A stretch of 64,000 nt of DNA from the human T2T-CHM13v2.0 reference genome, Homo sapiens: assembly GCA_009914755.4 (NCBI GenBank), contig CP086569.2, positions 14,784,001-14,848,000 on the forward strand, read 5' to 3'. Shown piece after piece: positions 13,333 through 27,530 of this stretch (position 1 is the first letter of the stretch; each line of letters opens with the position of its first letter). The position numbers and the translations under genes were made by a program. The notes under the pieces were generated by a model. It was not told the DNA's origin and made no database searches. It saw only the letters and a program-made list of their open reading frames with translations.

Positions 13333-14730
13333 ATGGGAAACACTCAGGCAGCAACAGGCTGTCCCTTGAAATGCATCCTAAGCCATTGGACCAATTTGAC
13401 CCACAAACCTTGAAAAAGAGGTGACTCATTTTTTTCTGCACTACAGCTTGGCCCCAATATTCTCTCTCTGATGTGGAAAAATGGCCACCTGAGGGAAGTA
13501 CAAATTAGAATACTATCCTGCAGCTTGACCTTTTGTGTAAGAGGGAAGGCAAATGGAGGGAAATACCTTATGTCTGAGCTTTCTTTTCATTGAGGGAGAA
13601 TACACAACTATGCAGAGCTTACAATTTACATCCCACAGGAGGACCTCTCAGCTTACCCCCATATCCTAGTCTCCCTATAGCTCCCCTTCCTATGAATGAT
13701 AATCCTCCTCTAATCTCTCCCACCCAGAAGGAAATAAGCAAAGAAATCTCCAAAGGTCCACAAAAACCCCTGGGCTATCAGTTTTGTCCCCTTCAAGCTG
13801 TTAGGAGGAGGAGAATTTGGCCCAACCCGGATACATATCCCCTTCTCCCTCTCTGATTTAAAGCAGATCAAGGCAGGCCTGGGGAGATTTTCAGATGATC
13901 CTGATAGGTACATAGTTGTCCTACAGGGTCTAGGGCAAACCTTCGACCTCGCTTGGAGAGATGTCATACTACTGTTAGATCAAACCCTGGCCTTTAATGA
14001 AAAGTATGTGGCTTTAGCTGCAGCCTGAGAGTTTGGAGATACCTGGTATCTTAGTCAAGTAAATGATAGAATGACAGCTGAAGAAAGGGACAAATTCCCT
14101 ACTGGTCAGCAAGCCATCCCCAGTATGGATCCCCACTGGGACCTTGACTCAGATCATGGGGACTGGAGTCATAAATATCTGTTGACCTGTGTTCTAGAAG
14201 GACTGAGGAGAATTAGAAAAAGCCCATGAATTATTCATTGATGTCCATCATAACCCAGGGAAAGGAAGAAAATCCTTCTGCCTTCCTTGAGCGGCTATGA
14301 GAGGCCTTAAGAAAATATACTTCCATGTCACCCAAATCATTCAAGGGTCAAATGATTCTAAAAGATAAGTTTATTACCCAATCAGCTGCAGATATCAGGA
14401 GAAAGCTCCAAAAGCAAGCCCTGGGCCCTGAACAAAATCTAGAGACATTATTAAACCTGGCAACCTTGGTGTTCTATAATAGGGACCAAGAGGAACAGGC
14501 CCAAAAGGAAAAGCGAGATCAGAGAAAGGCTGCAGCCTTAGTCATGGCCCTCAGACAAACAAACCTTGGTGGTTCAGAGAGGACAGAAAATGGAGCAGGC
14601 CAGTCACCTGGTAGGGATTTTTATCACTGTGGTTTGCAAGGACACTTTTAAATAGATTATTCAGTGAGAAACAAGCTGCCCCCTCGTCCATGTCTACTAT
14701 GCCTAGGCAATCACTGGAAGGTGCACTAAC
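13333..14730 (+). pseudogene. HERV9 gag remnant, with multiple frameshifts and stops
   Basis: ATG at 13333 opens an N-terminal MGNTQA. A PPYP late-domain-like motif lies in ORF 13590..13856 (LSLPPYPSLP). A capsid/NC-like segment with zinc-knuckle remnants (YHCGLQGHF and PRPCLLCLGNHWKVH) lies near 14620-14720. Confidence 0.65.
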
Positions 14731-14759
14731 CCAGAGGATGAAGGTTCCCTGGGTCAGAA

Positions 14760-17700
14760 GCCCCCAACCAGATGATCCAACAACAGGACTGCGGGTGCCC
14801 AGGGCAAGCGCCAGCTCATGTCATCACCCTCACTGAGCCCCAGGTGTGTTTAACTATAGAGGGCCAGGAAATTGACTTCCTCCTGGACACTGGCGTGGCT
14901 TTTTCAATGTTAATCTCCTGTCCTGGATGACTGTCTTCAAGGTCCATTACCATCTGAGTAATCCTGGGACAGCCTTTAAACAGGTATTTCTCCCACCTCC
15001 TCAGTTGTAATTGGGAGACTTTGCTCTTTTCACATGCCTTTCTTGTTATGCCTGAAAGTCCCACACCCTTATTAGGGAGAGATATATTAGCCAAGGTGGG
15101 AGCTATTATCTACATGAGTATGGGGAACAAGTTACACATTTGTTGTCCCCTACTTGAGGAGGGAATCAACCCTGAAGTCTGGGCATTGGAAGGACAATTT
15201 GGAAGGGCAAAAAATGCCCAGCCAGTCCAAATCAGGTTAAAAGGCAATATCTCTTTTGGCCTGAAGCTCATAAAGGATTACAGAATATTGTTAAATATTT
15301 GAAAGCTCAAGGCTTGGTAAGGAAATGCAGCAGTCCCTGCAACATCCCAATTCTAGTAGTACAAAAACTGAATGGTCAGTGGAGACTAGTGCAAGATCTT
15401 AGACTCAATAATGAGGCAGTAATTCCTCTATATCCAGTTGTACCAAACCCCTATATCTTGCTCTCTCAAATACCAGAGGAAGCAGAATGGTTGATGGTTC
15501 TGGACCTCAAGGATGCCTTCTTCTGTATTCCCCTGCACTCTTTGCTTTGACTCCCAGTTCCTCTTTGCTTTTAAGGATCCCACAGACCACACACCCCAAC
15601 TTACATGGACGATCTTACCCCAAGGATTTAAGGATAGCCCTCATCTGTTTGGTCAGGCACTGGCCCAAGATCTAGGCCACCTCTCAAGTCCAGGCACTCT
15701 GGTCCTTCAATATATCGATGATTTGCTTTTGGCTACCATTTCGGAAGCCTCATGCCAGCAGGCTACTCTAGATCTCTTGAACTTTCTAGCTAATCAAGGG
15801 TACAATGTGTTTGGGTCGAAGGCCCAGCTTTGCCTACGGCAGGTCAAATATCTAGGCCTAATCTTAGCCAGAGGGACCAGGACCCTCAGCATGGAATGAA
15901 TACAGCCTATATTGGCTTATCCTCACCCTAAAACATTAAAACAGTTGCGGGGGTTCCTTGGAATTACCGGCTTTTGCTGACTAGGGATCCCTGGATACAG
16001 CAAGATAGCCAGGCCCCTCAATACTGTAAGTAAGGAAACCCAGAGGGCATCTTGTAGAATGGTAACCAGGGGCAGAAACAGCCTTCAAAACCTTAAAGCA
16101 GGCCTTAGTACAATCTCCAGCTTTAAGCCTTCCCACAGGACAAAACTTCTCTTTATACATCACAGAGAGAGCAGGGATAGCTCTTGGAGACCTTATTCAG
16201 ACTCGTGGGAAAACCCCACAACCAGTGGCATACCTAAGTAAGGAAATAGATGCAGTAGCAAAAGTCTGGCCTCACTGTTTAAAGTTAGTTGCTGCAGTGG
16301 CCGTCTTTGTGTCAGAGGCTATCAAAATAATACAAGGAAAGGATCTCACTGTCTGGACTACTCATGAGGTAAATGGCATACTAGGTGCCAAAGGAAGTTT
16401 ATGGCTATAAGACAACTGCCTCCTTAGATACCAGGTGCTACTCCTTGAGGGACCAGTGCTTCAAATATGCACGTGCATGGTCCTCAACCCTGCCACTTTT
16501 CTCCCAGAGGATGGGGAAATGATTATGCATGACTGTGAACAAAATAGTCCAGACGTATGCTGCCCAAGATGATCTTTTAGAAGTTCCCTTAACTAATCCT
16601 GATCTTAACCTATACACTGAGGAAAGTTCATTTGTGGAGAATGGGGTATGAAGGGCAGGTTATGCCATAGTTAGCGATGTAACCATACTTGAAAGTAAGC
16701 CTCTTCCCCTAGGGACCAGTGCCCAGTTAGCAGAACTAGTGGCACTTACCTGAGCCTTATAACTGGGAAAGGGAAAAAGAATAAATGTGTATATAGATAG
16801 CAAGTATGCTTATCTAATCCTACATGCTCATGATGCAATATGAAAAAGGAGGGAGTTCCCAACCTCTGGGGGAACCCCCGTTAAATACCACAAGGAAATT
16901 ATAGAGTTATTGCACACAGTGCAAAAACCCAAGGAAGTGGCAGTCTTACACTGCCAAAGCCATCAGAAAGGTGAAGGAAAGAAAGCAGAAGGAAACTGTC
17001 GGGCAGATGCTGAGGCAAAATTGCTACCAGGTGGAACCCCTTATTAGAAATACCTACAGAAGGACCTTTGGTATGGAACAACCCCCTCCAAGAAATTAAG
17101 CCCCAGTATTCCCTGACTGAAACAGAATGGGGACTTTCACAGGGGCATAATTTTCTTCCTTCAGGGTGGTTGGTAACAGAAGAAGGAAAGGTACTTATAA
17201 CTGAAGCCAGCCAGTGGAAAATACTTAAAACCCTCCACCAAACTTTTCATATAGGTATTGAAAACACTAATCAAATGGCCAAATCCCTATTTACAGGGCC
17301 AAATCTCCTCCAGACCATCCAACAGGTAGTCAAAGCCTGTGAGGTGTGCCAAAAGAATAATCCCTTGGTTCATCATAAGGACCCATTGAGGGAACAAAGA
17401 ATAGGTCACTATCCTGGAAAGGACTGGCAGTTAGACTTCTCCCATATGCCTAAGTCAAAGGGATTTCAATACTTGTTGGTCTGTGTTGATACCTTTACAA
17501 ATTGGATAGAAGCTTTCGCCTGCAAGACAGAGAAGGCTCAGGAAGTGATTAAAGTCCTAATTCATGAAATAATTCCTAGATTTGGGCTTCCCCAAAGCTT
17601 ACAGAGTGACAATGGTCCAGCTTTTAAAGCCATGATAACTCAGGGAATCTCCAGGCCACTAGGGATACAATATCATCTTCACTGCTTATGGAGGCCACAA

Positions 17701-17850
17701 TCCTCAGGGAAAGTCGAGAAGGCAAATGAAACGCTCAAGAGGCACTTAAGGAAACTAACACAAGAAACTCACCTCCCATGGCTTACTCTTTTGCCTATGG
17801 CCCTGTTGAGGATCTGAAATTCTCCTCACAAAATAGGGCTTAGTCCATAT
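14760..17850 (+). pseudogene. HERV9 pro-pol remnant: protease (DTG near 14887), reverse transcriptase (15299-15900), RNase H, and integrase (about 16950-17850)
   Basis: Protease motif EIDFLLDTGVAFSMLIS. RT motifs LDLKDAFFCIPL and LQYIDDLLLA (YXDD). Integrase HH-CC zinc finger (HQTFHIG...CEVCQKNN) and DDE core (LQSDNGPAFKA, GKVEKANETLK) lie in the 249-aa open frame 17068..17817. The frames are broken elsewhere. Confidence 0.75.
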
Positions 17851-18149
17851 GAAATGCTGTATGGGCGACCTTTTCTCCCAGATGACCTCCTACTTGATCA
17901 GGAAATGGCCAACTTGGTGAAAGATATAACTTCTTTGGCAAAATATCAACAAAACCTTAAAAACCTACCTGAAGGTTGTCACAGAGAAAAGGGAGCAGAG
18001 TTGTTTCAACCAGGAGATCTAGTGTTGGTCAAATCTCTTCCCTCTACCTCCCCATCTCTGGACTCTTTGTGGGAAGGACCATACTTGGTAATCCTCTCTA
18101 CTCCCACTGCAGTTAACATGGCAGGAATCGAATCTTTGATTCACCACTC

Positions 18150-19560
18150 CTGAGTTAAACTTTGGACATCCCCTGAGGAACCTGTGGGATCATCAGCTCA
18201 GCAGTCCCAACATCAGCCAGACCAGCCTCGATACACCTGTAAACTGTTGGAGGACTTGCACCTCCTATTTCGGAAAGAAATATCCCAGACGAAAAAGGCT
18301 CCTATCCTTTTTGATCCTGTGATCAAAAGAGAAAAGTAGCAGGGTTGAGGGCCATGCACATGCGTATTTGATCCTGAGGAAAGACCTCATCCTCCTTAAA
18401 AAAGGTAGGGGAAAACAGCACACTAACCATACTCTTTGTGATAGGACTACATACTCTAGCTCCTGACAGAATGAAAATCCTAATCACATCAACCTTCTTT
18501 CTATCTTCCTTCCTCTTGACAGTAATTTACTCCTACCTGTAACTCAGACTAGATAAAATGATCTCGTTTTCCCTGCAGCAGTGCCGCCACCACTAGTGAA
18601 TGCCTTCTCATCCCCTTTCAATCACTCTCTCGAATGGATCCTAGTGGATAAAAAACTTTTTTTTCTCCAATGGGAAATTAGAACGCAGGGAGCCACTCAG
18701 TTTTCTCCCAACACCCCTTTCCAGCTGCTCACTGGAGGTATCTTGGCCAGTACTCTAGGAGTATGGGAAAATGAAAAGAAACTCACACACCTTTTTAGCA
18801 TACATAACCAGTTCTGTCTACCCAGCCAAGGCATATTCTTCTTATGTGGAATGTTGACCTATATGTGCCTCCCCACTAACTGGACAGGCACCTGCACCTT
18901 AGTCTTCCTAAGTCCCAACATTAACATTGCCCCAGGAAATCAGAACTTATCAGTACCCCTCAAAGCTCAAGTCCATCAGCACAGAGCCATACAACCAATA
19001 CCCCTGCTTATAGGGTTAGGAATGGCTACTGCTACCGGAACTGAAATAGCTGGTTTATCTACTTCATTATTCTACTACCACACACTCTCAAAGGATTTCT
19101 CAGAGTTTGCAAGAAATAACAAAATCTATTCTTACTTTACAATCCCAAATAGACTCTTTGGCAGCAGTGACTCTCCAAAACTGCTGAGGCCTATACCTCC
19201 TCACTACTGAGAAAGCAGGACTCTGCACCTTCTTAGGGGAAGAGTGTTGTTTTTACACTAACCATTCAGGGATAGTACGAGATGCCACCTGGTGTTTACA
19301 GGAAAAGTTTTCTGAAATCAAACAACATCTTTCAAACTCTTATACGAACCTCTGGAGTTGGGCATTATGATTTCTCCCCTTTCTAGTTCCCATGGCAGCC
19401 ATCTTGCTATTACTTGCCTTTGGACCCTGTATTTTTAACCTGCTTGTCAAATTTGTTTCCTCTAGAATTGAGGCCATCAAGCTACAGATGGTCTTACAAA
19501 TGGAACCCCAAAGGAGTTCAACTAACAACTTCTACCAAGGACCCCTGGACTGACCCCCTG
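18150..19560 (+). pseudogene. HERV9 env remnant (SU and TM)
   Basis: ORF 18581..19210 is SU-like with a fusion-peptide-like LIGLGMATATGTEIAGLSTS. The TM region 19140-19330 encodes [37 protein letters not shown], which carries an immunosuppressive-domain-like segment and a CX6CC motif. Stop codons are present. Confidence 0.7.
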
Positions 19561-19705
19561 GCACTTTTACTGGCCTGGAGAGCTCCCCTCAGGAGGACAC
19601 TACAACTACAGGGCCCCTTCATCACTCCTGTCCAGCAGGAAGTAGCTAGAATGGTCATCAGCCAAATTCCCAACAGCAGTTGGGGTGTCCTGTTTAGAGG
19701 GGGGA

Positions 19706-20648
19706 TGGAGAGGTGACAGAGTGCTGGCACCCCTCACAGCCCTCGCTCACTCTTGGCACCTCCTCGACCTTGGTGCCCACTCTGGCTGTGCTTAAGGAGC
19801 ACTTCAGCCCACCGCTGCACTGTGGGAGCCCCTTTCTGGGCTGATGAAGGCCAGAGCCAGCTCCCTTAGCTTGCAGGGAAGTGTGGAGGCAGAGGCGCGG
19901 CTGGGAACCAGGGCTGCATGGGGCACTTGTGGGCCAGCGCAAGTTCCCGGTGGGCGTGCACTCAGCAAGCCCTGCACTTGGAGTGGCCAGCCCACCCACA
20001 AGCCCCAGGCAGTGAGGGGCTTAGCACCTGGGCCAGCAGCTGCTGTGCTCAATTTCTTACCAGGCCTTAGCTTCCTCTCTGTGGGGCAGGGCTTGGGACC
20101 TGCAGCCCACCAAGCCTGAGCCTCTTGGATGAGTGCTGCTCCCTGCTCCATGGTGCTGAGTCCCATCGATCAGCCAAGGGCTGAGGAGTGTGACCGTGTG
20201 GCGCGCCACTGGCAGGCAGCTCCACCTGTGGTCCTGGTGCAGGATCCACTGGGTGAAGCCAGCTGAGCTCCTGAGTCTGGTGGGGACTTGAAGAACCTTT
20301 ATGTCTAGCTAAGGGATTATAAATACACCTATCAGCACTCTGTATCTAGCTCAAGGTTTGTAAACACACCAATCAGTACCCTGTGTCTAGCTCAGGGTAT
20401 GTGAATGCACCAATTGACACTCTGTATCTAGCTACTCTGGTGGGCATGTGGAGAACTTTTGTGTCAACACTCTGTATCTAGCTAATCTAGTGGGGACACG
20501 GAGAACTTTTGTGTCTAGCTCAGGGATTGTAAACGCACCAATCAGCACCCTGTCAAAACAGACCAATCAGCTCTCTGTAAAATGGACCAATCAGCAGGAT
20601 TTGGGTGGGGCCAGACAAGGGAATAAAAGCAGGCTGCCTGAGCCACTG
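19706..20648 (+). repeat. HERV9 3' LTR (LTR12), truncated: U3 only, with R/U5 missing
   Basis: It begins TGGAGAGGTGACAGAG right after the PPT. It is colinear with the 5' LTR through gggaataaaagcaggctgcctgagcc, near 20647, and then diverges into unrelated sequence. It carries fewer U3 tandem repeats than the 5' LTR. Confidence 0.75.
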
Positions 20649-21301
20649 CATCTTGATGGTTTTCTGGCTCTAGACTTTGTGTCTCTACAACGTAAATGTG
20701 AAAAGTTAGCTCAGACATAGAGGAAACATTCATGCTTCTATTTTAAGTAGAAATGCCTATGTGATACTCAAAAATTCTTATTTTAGTTGTACATCAGAAA
20801 GTTCTGTTTCACCAGATCATGTTTACAGATAGAGTATGAGGCATTGATCCATGAGAGGACTTCATTCAACTAACCTTTACTGAGCACCTACTGTATGCAA
20901 TGCACCATTTCCGATGCTAAAACACTGCAAAGAGGCAGACAGAAATCCCTACCCTGATGGAATTGGCGTTCTGTGACACCTCTCTAAGTGTGTGCCCCCT
21001 TCCCTAGTGCTGTGACTTACAATTCTTTTTAAAGCCATTATTATTCTGGAGAACCCAAGGATTGCCTCTTTCTCAGAGCTCTAATGTCAATAACCCTATC
21101 ATTCTTTGTCATTAGACTTTTGCGAACTGAGGAATTCACATTTAATGAAAAATTTTAGAGCCCTTTATTTATGCCAGACACTGTGAGTTACATCTATTTG
21201 AAAAGAAAATTAGACCCATCTAATTTTTGAACCATAGTTGAAGCATATTACAGGTAAATTTTTTATCACTTAAAAATACTTTTCAGGTACTTTCTTTGTA
21301 A

Positions 21302-21725
<424 letters not shown>

Positions 21726-23754
21726 TAATATTCTAGTTACAGATTGAGACCTGCAGTCATAACCTAAAATACAAGCTCTTAGGATTTTAGTCATTGGCAA
21801 GATAAAGCTAAGGACATGATGTTTGTATAAATGACTTCCATCAAAGCAAATATCTATGAATTGATCTGTTAAAATTGAGCTCAACTCACATAAATGAGTG
21901 TGGGCATTGTTAGTCCCCATACTGGTCATTTGGGGGTGCCATTTACAATACTTTCAGGGCATTTTTAATCTAAGTTTAATTTATATTTTACTTTCTCAGA
22001 TTGCTTTTAAATACCTTATGTAATATCATGTCTTTTCACACTTTCTTCCATGTCTTAGATTATAAGGAATTATTTTCACTGTTGCCAGAATGAGTAGAGA
22101 AATAAAAGTGAATTTGAACTGGTATACCTTTGTTCACTTATTTATTCATTAAATGTTTACTGTCTGTTTATCACCTGCCAGGCACCATGCTCATCTTTGT
22201 TTATGCAACAGTGACAGCAAATAGGCATTATCTTTATAGTTATGGAGCTCTAACCAAATGGGGTTGACAGGGATTCATGAAGTAACCACAGAATCAAACA
22301 AAACATTGGGAAAGAGAGGAGTGTCTGCATGAGATAAATATGTAGAGGCAGTGGAGACCTGGAAGCCAGGCTGAGTATTAGTGTCTTTATTCAGAGGGCA
22401 GAGAAAAGCCATTCAATGACTCAAAGCCAACCTTGAGATGGGGATATTACCCTTAATTATTTGGGTGGAAACGAATACAATCACAAAAGTCCTTAAAAGT
22501 AGAATAGGGAAGCAGAGTGCAAGAATCAGAGAGATGGCATGGTGTGAAGGACTCAGCCCAGTGTTGTTGACTTTGAAGCTGGTGGAAGGGCACCACCAGC
22601 CAAAGAATGCCAGAAGCCTCTAGAAACCTGAAAAGTCATGAAAATACATTCTTCCCTGGAGCCTCCAGAAAGGAGTACAGGCCTGCCTTGATTTTAGACC
22701 AGTGACACCCATTTCAGACCTCCAGAAGAGAAGACATTTATATTGTTTTAAGCATCTACACTCAAGGTAATTTGTCACAGCAGCTGTAGAAAACCAGTAC
22801 ATGAACTGATTTAAAACACACCAAACCTATTGCATTGGCTGAATTAGTATCCTTATTCTCAGATACAGGGAATGAGGCTCACTGAGGCTGTTGGAGTTGC
22901 TTGCTGAAGCCCACCTTCCTTGAAGGTTATGTGTGGGGTCAAAATTCTGCATCCTACAGCCAGAAAGAAAAGTGTGAATGCAAGGAGCAGTTGAGGTGCA
23001 GAAATCAACATGGTAGCTACAGCAAAGTTGAATTTGGAAGGCCTCCACATGGGAGAGGAAGGAGGGAGCATCAGCTCTTCAAGGGACTAGCTCAGGTGAA
23101 AGTAGATATTTGGGAGCTGTCAGCAGAAAAATTTTTCAAACCATGGGAATCAATGAAGTGATTCATGGAGGTGACACAGAGAGAAGATGAAAGTGCAGTG
23201 AACTCAGACATGGCAAGATTTAGGGCTAACAAAAGGGAGGGAACCCAAAAGGAGTGCCCCATGTGTCACTCTTGATGCTGCCTCCTATGAAAATATAATT
23301 GCATTGTAAAATATGTAAAGGATTTTTAGGATATGGAGGATCCCCAGGGCAGCCAAGCCTCCTTGTATTGCTGTAATGTAGCCACCCCAAGTCCCCTGAC
23401 TGCTCTTCACCAAAGACCTTCAGTCATCCGTCATGCTCCGTTCTCATGTCAGCACTTTGGCACGTGCTGTGTATTCCCTGCTGGTAGAGCATTTAAGCTG
23501 CCCAATATTGTAACCATGGCCATCTTCAGCTGTTTAAATTTAAATTAATTAAAATGAAACAGAATAAAGAATTAAATTCCTCTGTTAAACAGAGGACATG
23601 TGAAATGCTTTATAGGCACAGGTGACTAGTGTTTACCACAGACAGAACATTTCCATCACACCCGCCAGTTCTGTTGGACAGGGCTGGCTGAGAACACCCT
23701 CCCACAGGTCTCTGCAGTGCCACTACCCACTGCTACACCTTCTTCAAGTCCTGA

Positions 23755-24160
<406 letters not shown>

Positions 24161-25370
24161 ACCTTCTGTATTTATATGTGGACTTACTACGTTCTAACAT
24201 AATATCTATCTTATCTATGTATTGTATTTATTCTCTGTTATTATTGGCCCCATTACTATGTAAAATTCAGGAGGGCAGCAGCCACTCCTGTGTGATTATT
24301 TCATTGCTGTTGAATGGAAGAACATGAACACACTCAGTGATTGACTTCAGCGTTGTGCATAGCCTATAATTCTTTTTTTAAAAAATAAACTCTTGATGTC
24401 TGCTATGTAAAAATTAAAACCTCTAGTACATGATTTCTCTTTTTGCTAAATGCCCGGAGTGCCCACTTTTATATCTGTTTGCTTTCTCGGATTTAAAGTT
24501 CTTCTTTTCTGGTTCCAAAGTGCTCAAAGCGACGTTCCCACTAGATCAACCCAATTTCATCAAAGAGTTTTCTCCTCTGAAAACCCCCATCAAACACTTG
24601 GCATGATGTTGGGGGACAAGATGTTAAATCACCTGCAAAATGGTGCCGTTTGGTGCCATTTCACACTCCTCGGACACACTGGGGTGATTAATAAACCCGA
24701 GACTGTCAAGGTCTGCTTTCCCACACTCATTGAGTTGCTTGCCGTTATTTTATCTTTTTTTCCCCCCACTTTATTGTCCAAAGTAAAGAAATGTACAGAA
24801 AATATTCCTCTTGCCCTGGGAATAAACGTGTTCAAAGGGTCAGTCTTCTGGCCTGTGTTTGAGAACACCAAGTCATATTTCAGTAGGGATCAGCCATACA
24901 GAAATGCCACGATGCGCTTGGTTAAGGGAAAGTGGGAAGCATACGTCCCTATCCTTTTGACAAAAGAACTTCTTTATGGCAATACATAACAGGAAATAAA
25001 CGTGGATAGCCAATTCTGCAAGTGTGAAGGCAATGTTTTTGTTCTTGTGTGGATTCAATAGTATCTCATCTTTATCAAAAAAAAGGTAGGATTGAGAAAC
25101 TTCTGATGATTCTCTTTTACAACAGGAATTACGAGAGATGTTGCTAGGTGTTGCCTTTCATTGTAGGGCTTTGCTTACTGTAAAAACCATGGCTAGGTTA
25201 TTCTCAAGACATCTTTGGAATCATTTTGCTATGACTTTACTAATTTTTTTTTCTACTTAGTACTTGCACTTCAACACAGGTTTTCCCTTGGCAGTATATT
25301 ACTTTTTTCCCTTACTTTGTTCTTAATGATTAAGTATTCAGAATTACTAATTATTATAATTATTAAGTAA

Positions 25371-25628
<258 letters not shown>

Positions 25629-27125
25629 TGATCTCTAGGCCAACTTGATCTGTGAACATAATTAGACAGGAGGATGTACAAACTAGACATGTCAAACAGA
25701 TAACTCATTCTCACAAATCAGCTATTGAGTAATGACTTGATAGAAGCGGAAAGCAGAATGGTCATTATATTCACTCATTCTTTTATCCATTCACACCATT
25801 GCACTGGGAGCTTACTCTGTTATCCACATGGAGCAAAACCTAAAGTGCAGAGACTAAAGACACAGTTCTTAAAGAACTCCCATATTTCAGGGGGAAATAT
25901 GTCTGAGTATGTGTGTGCTTCATCTTAACTGGACAAAAGCTTTGAATTATTTTCTGAATTTTGACATGTCACCGTGATCTAAAGGTGTAATGGTACAAGT
26001 GGATTTCTATGTGACTCTATCATTTAGCACCATGTCCCTAACTGCCATCAGCTCAGTTAGTGAAATAATCTCCCTGTCCTGTATAGCATGCACCAATATT
26101 TTGACTTTCAACTTTAAGAGAACATTAAACTCTCTGAGGATAGCAACTCTGTCAATATTGCCCAAAATGTTATTCCAAATATTTTGGGGTTCATTCATGA
26201 ATTATAGATTAGAATCAACAAACCAACACAAAATGTTTAAGAGGCCATTGTATTATACAAAGTGTATAATACACTTTTATGGAAATTTATATGTAATACC
26301 TCAGGACAGTTTAAAAAATCCAAAAACATGGCCCCAAACAGAATGTTTTGGTTTGTGACATATAACTAGAATATTTTTTTTTGAACATTTTCTAAAGCAA
26401 GCACAATATTTTAAGAACCATACCTGCTGGCATAATTTTAAGAGAGTGAGATAAAACAAGTCACTGGATTTTCAGAAATACACAGATTCTTTTTCTTTTT
26501 TACTGGACTTAATTTGTCTCATGTTCAGCAATGTTTCTCCTTTTATTTATCCTTAAATTAGCTCCAATGTTTGTGACCTTCAGTAAAATAATTAAACAGA
26601 CATTCTAAATAAGGAAGTTGATTTGAAAAGCAGAGAAAGCAATAAACAGAAGCAGGAATTATTAATATTTTTGTGGGCAGAGGGGTGAGGTTTTTGTTTT
26701 ACTTATATGTGTGTGCCTCAGAACCTTACAGAACTGGGCTTATGTCAATGCAATTCCCCAATCCTAGGCTTATCATCTTTAGGAACTCTGAAAGTGGTAA
26801 CAACTATTTGCTGAGCAGATGTAATGTATCCGGCAGAAATAAAAATCAAACTCCAGAAAAATTATCCTTCTAGGGGTGTAGAACTTATCTGTATTTAGTT
26901 TTAAGCCTTTAGATCCAATTATTATAATTTGTTTTTATGCTACAATGGAGCATCCACTAATTCACTTACTGCTGCAGATGTCTGTCTCCTATGCAACATG
27001 AAAGCAATCTTGAAATATCTGTGAAACAGGATCCTTAATAGCTAACCTTGGATTCCAATACAGTCCCATGTAAAGAGCAGATTTATTTCCAAAGAAAAGC
27101 AATTCAGACTTCCAAAGAGACATGG

Positions 27126-27176
27126 AGGCCTTGGCTTGGGCTTGGGTTGGGCTTGGGTTGGTCTTGCGTTGTCCAG
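27126..27176. repeat. Short (CTTGGG/GTTGGG)n tandem repeat
   Basis: Reads cttggcttgggcttgggttgggcttgggttggtcttgcgttg. Confidence 0.7.
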
Positions 27177-27489
27177 ATTGATTTGTTTCCTATTCACTGT
27201 TTGTGCTAACTGGCTGCAGAGTTGGGTGCACCCCATCTCCTGTCACCATCTGGATGAAGGGCCAGCACACCTGGAGGTCACTCCTGGTCTCTTTTGATCA
27301 TTCAGTGCTCTGTCACCTGCAGCCACTTCCACTCCTCACTTAAGTAAATCACTCAAGCCTCAGTTTTGATTTTAATTCTTGTCTCATGTTTTTCCCGTCA
27401 ACCCTGCTGCTTTCTAGCAAGATCCCCTACCCATCATCCAATGAGTACCAGAGATGTTCCATCTGTACCTTTTTTTCTCTCTTAAAATA

Positions 27490-27492
<3 letters not shown>

Positions 27493-27527
<35 letters not shown>
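27493..27527. repeat. (AC)n microsatellite of about 17 units
   Basis: Reads acacacacac...ac, immediately 5' of the partial antisense Alu. Confidence 0.95.
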
Positions 27528-27529
<2 letters not shown>

Positions 27530-27530
27530 A

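Larger units (their letters stand above)
10330..20648 (+). mobile_element. HERV9 (ERV9) provirus, class I endogenous retrovirus: LTR12 - gag - pro - pol - env - truncated LTR12
   Basis: Two LTR12-type LTRs lie in the same orientation, with U3 tandem repeats carrying CCAATCAGC motifs. A degenerate tRNA-Arg-like PBS sits just 3' of the 5' LTR. A PPT (agaggggggA) sits just 5' of the 3' LTR. Internal retroviral motifs are listed under the component features below. Confidence 0.85.

Noticed and set aside
24450-24989. A 179-aa ORF in apparently unique sequence between exon homologues
   Set aside because: It has no recognisable domain, no splice-site context and no similarity to anosmin-1. I tested it against the missing FnIII exon and the similarity was unconvincing. 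It is most likely a chance open frame in AT-rich intron.
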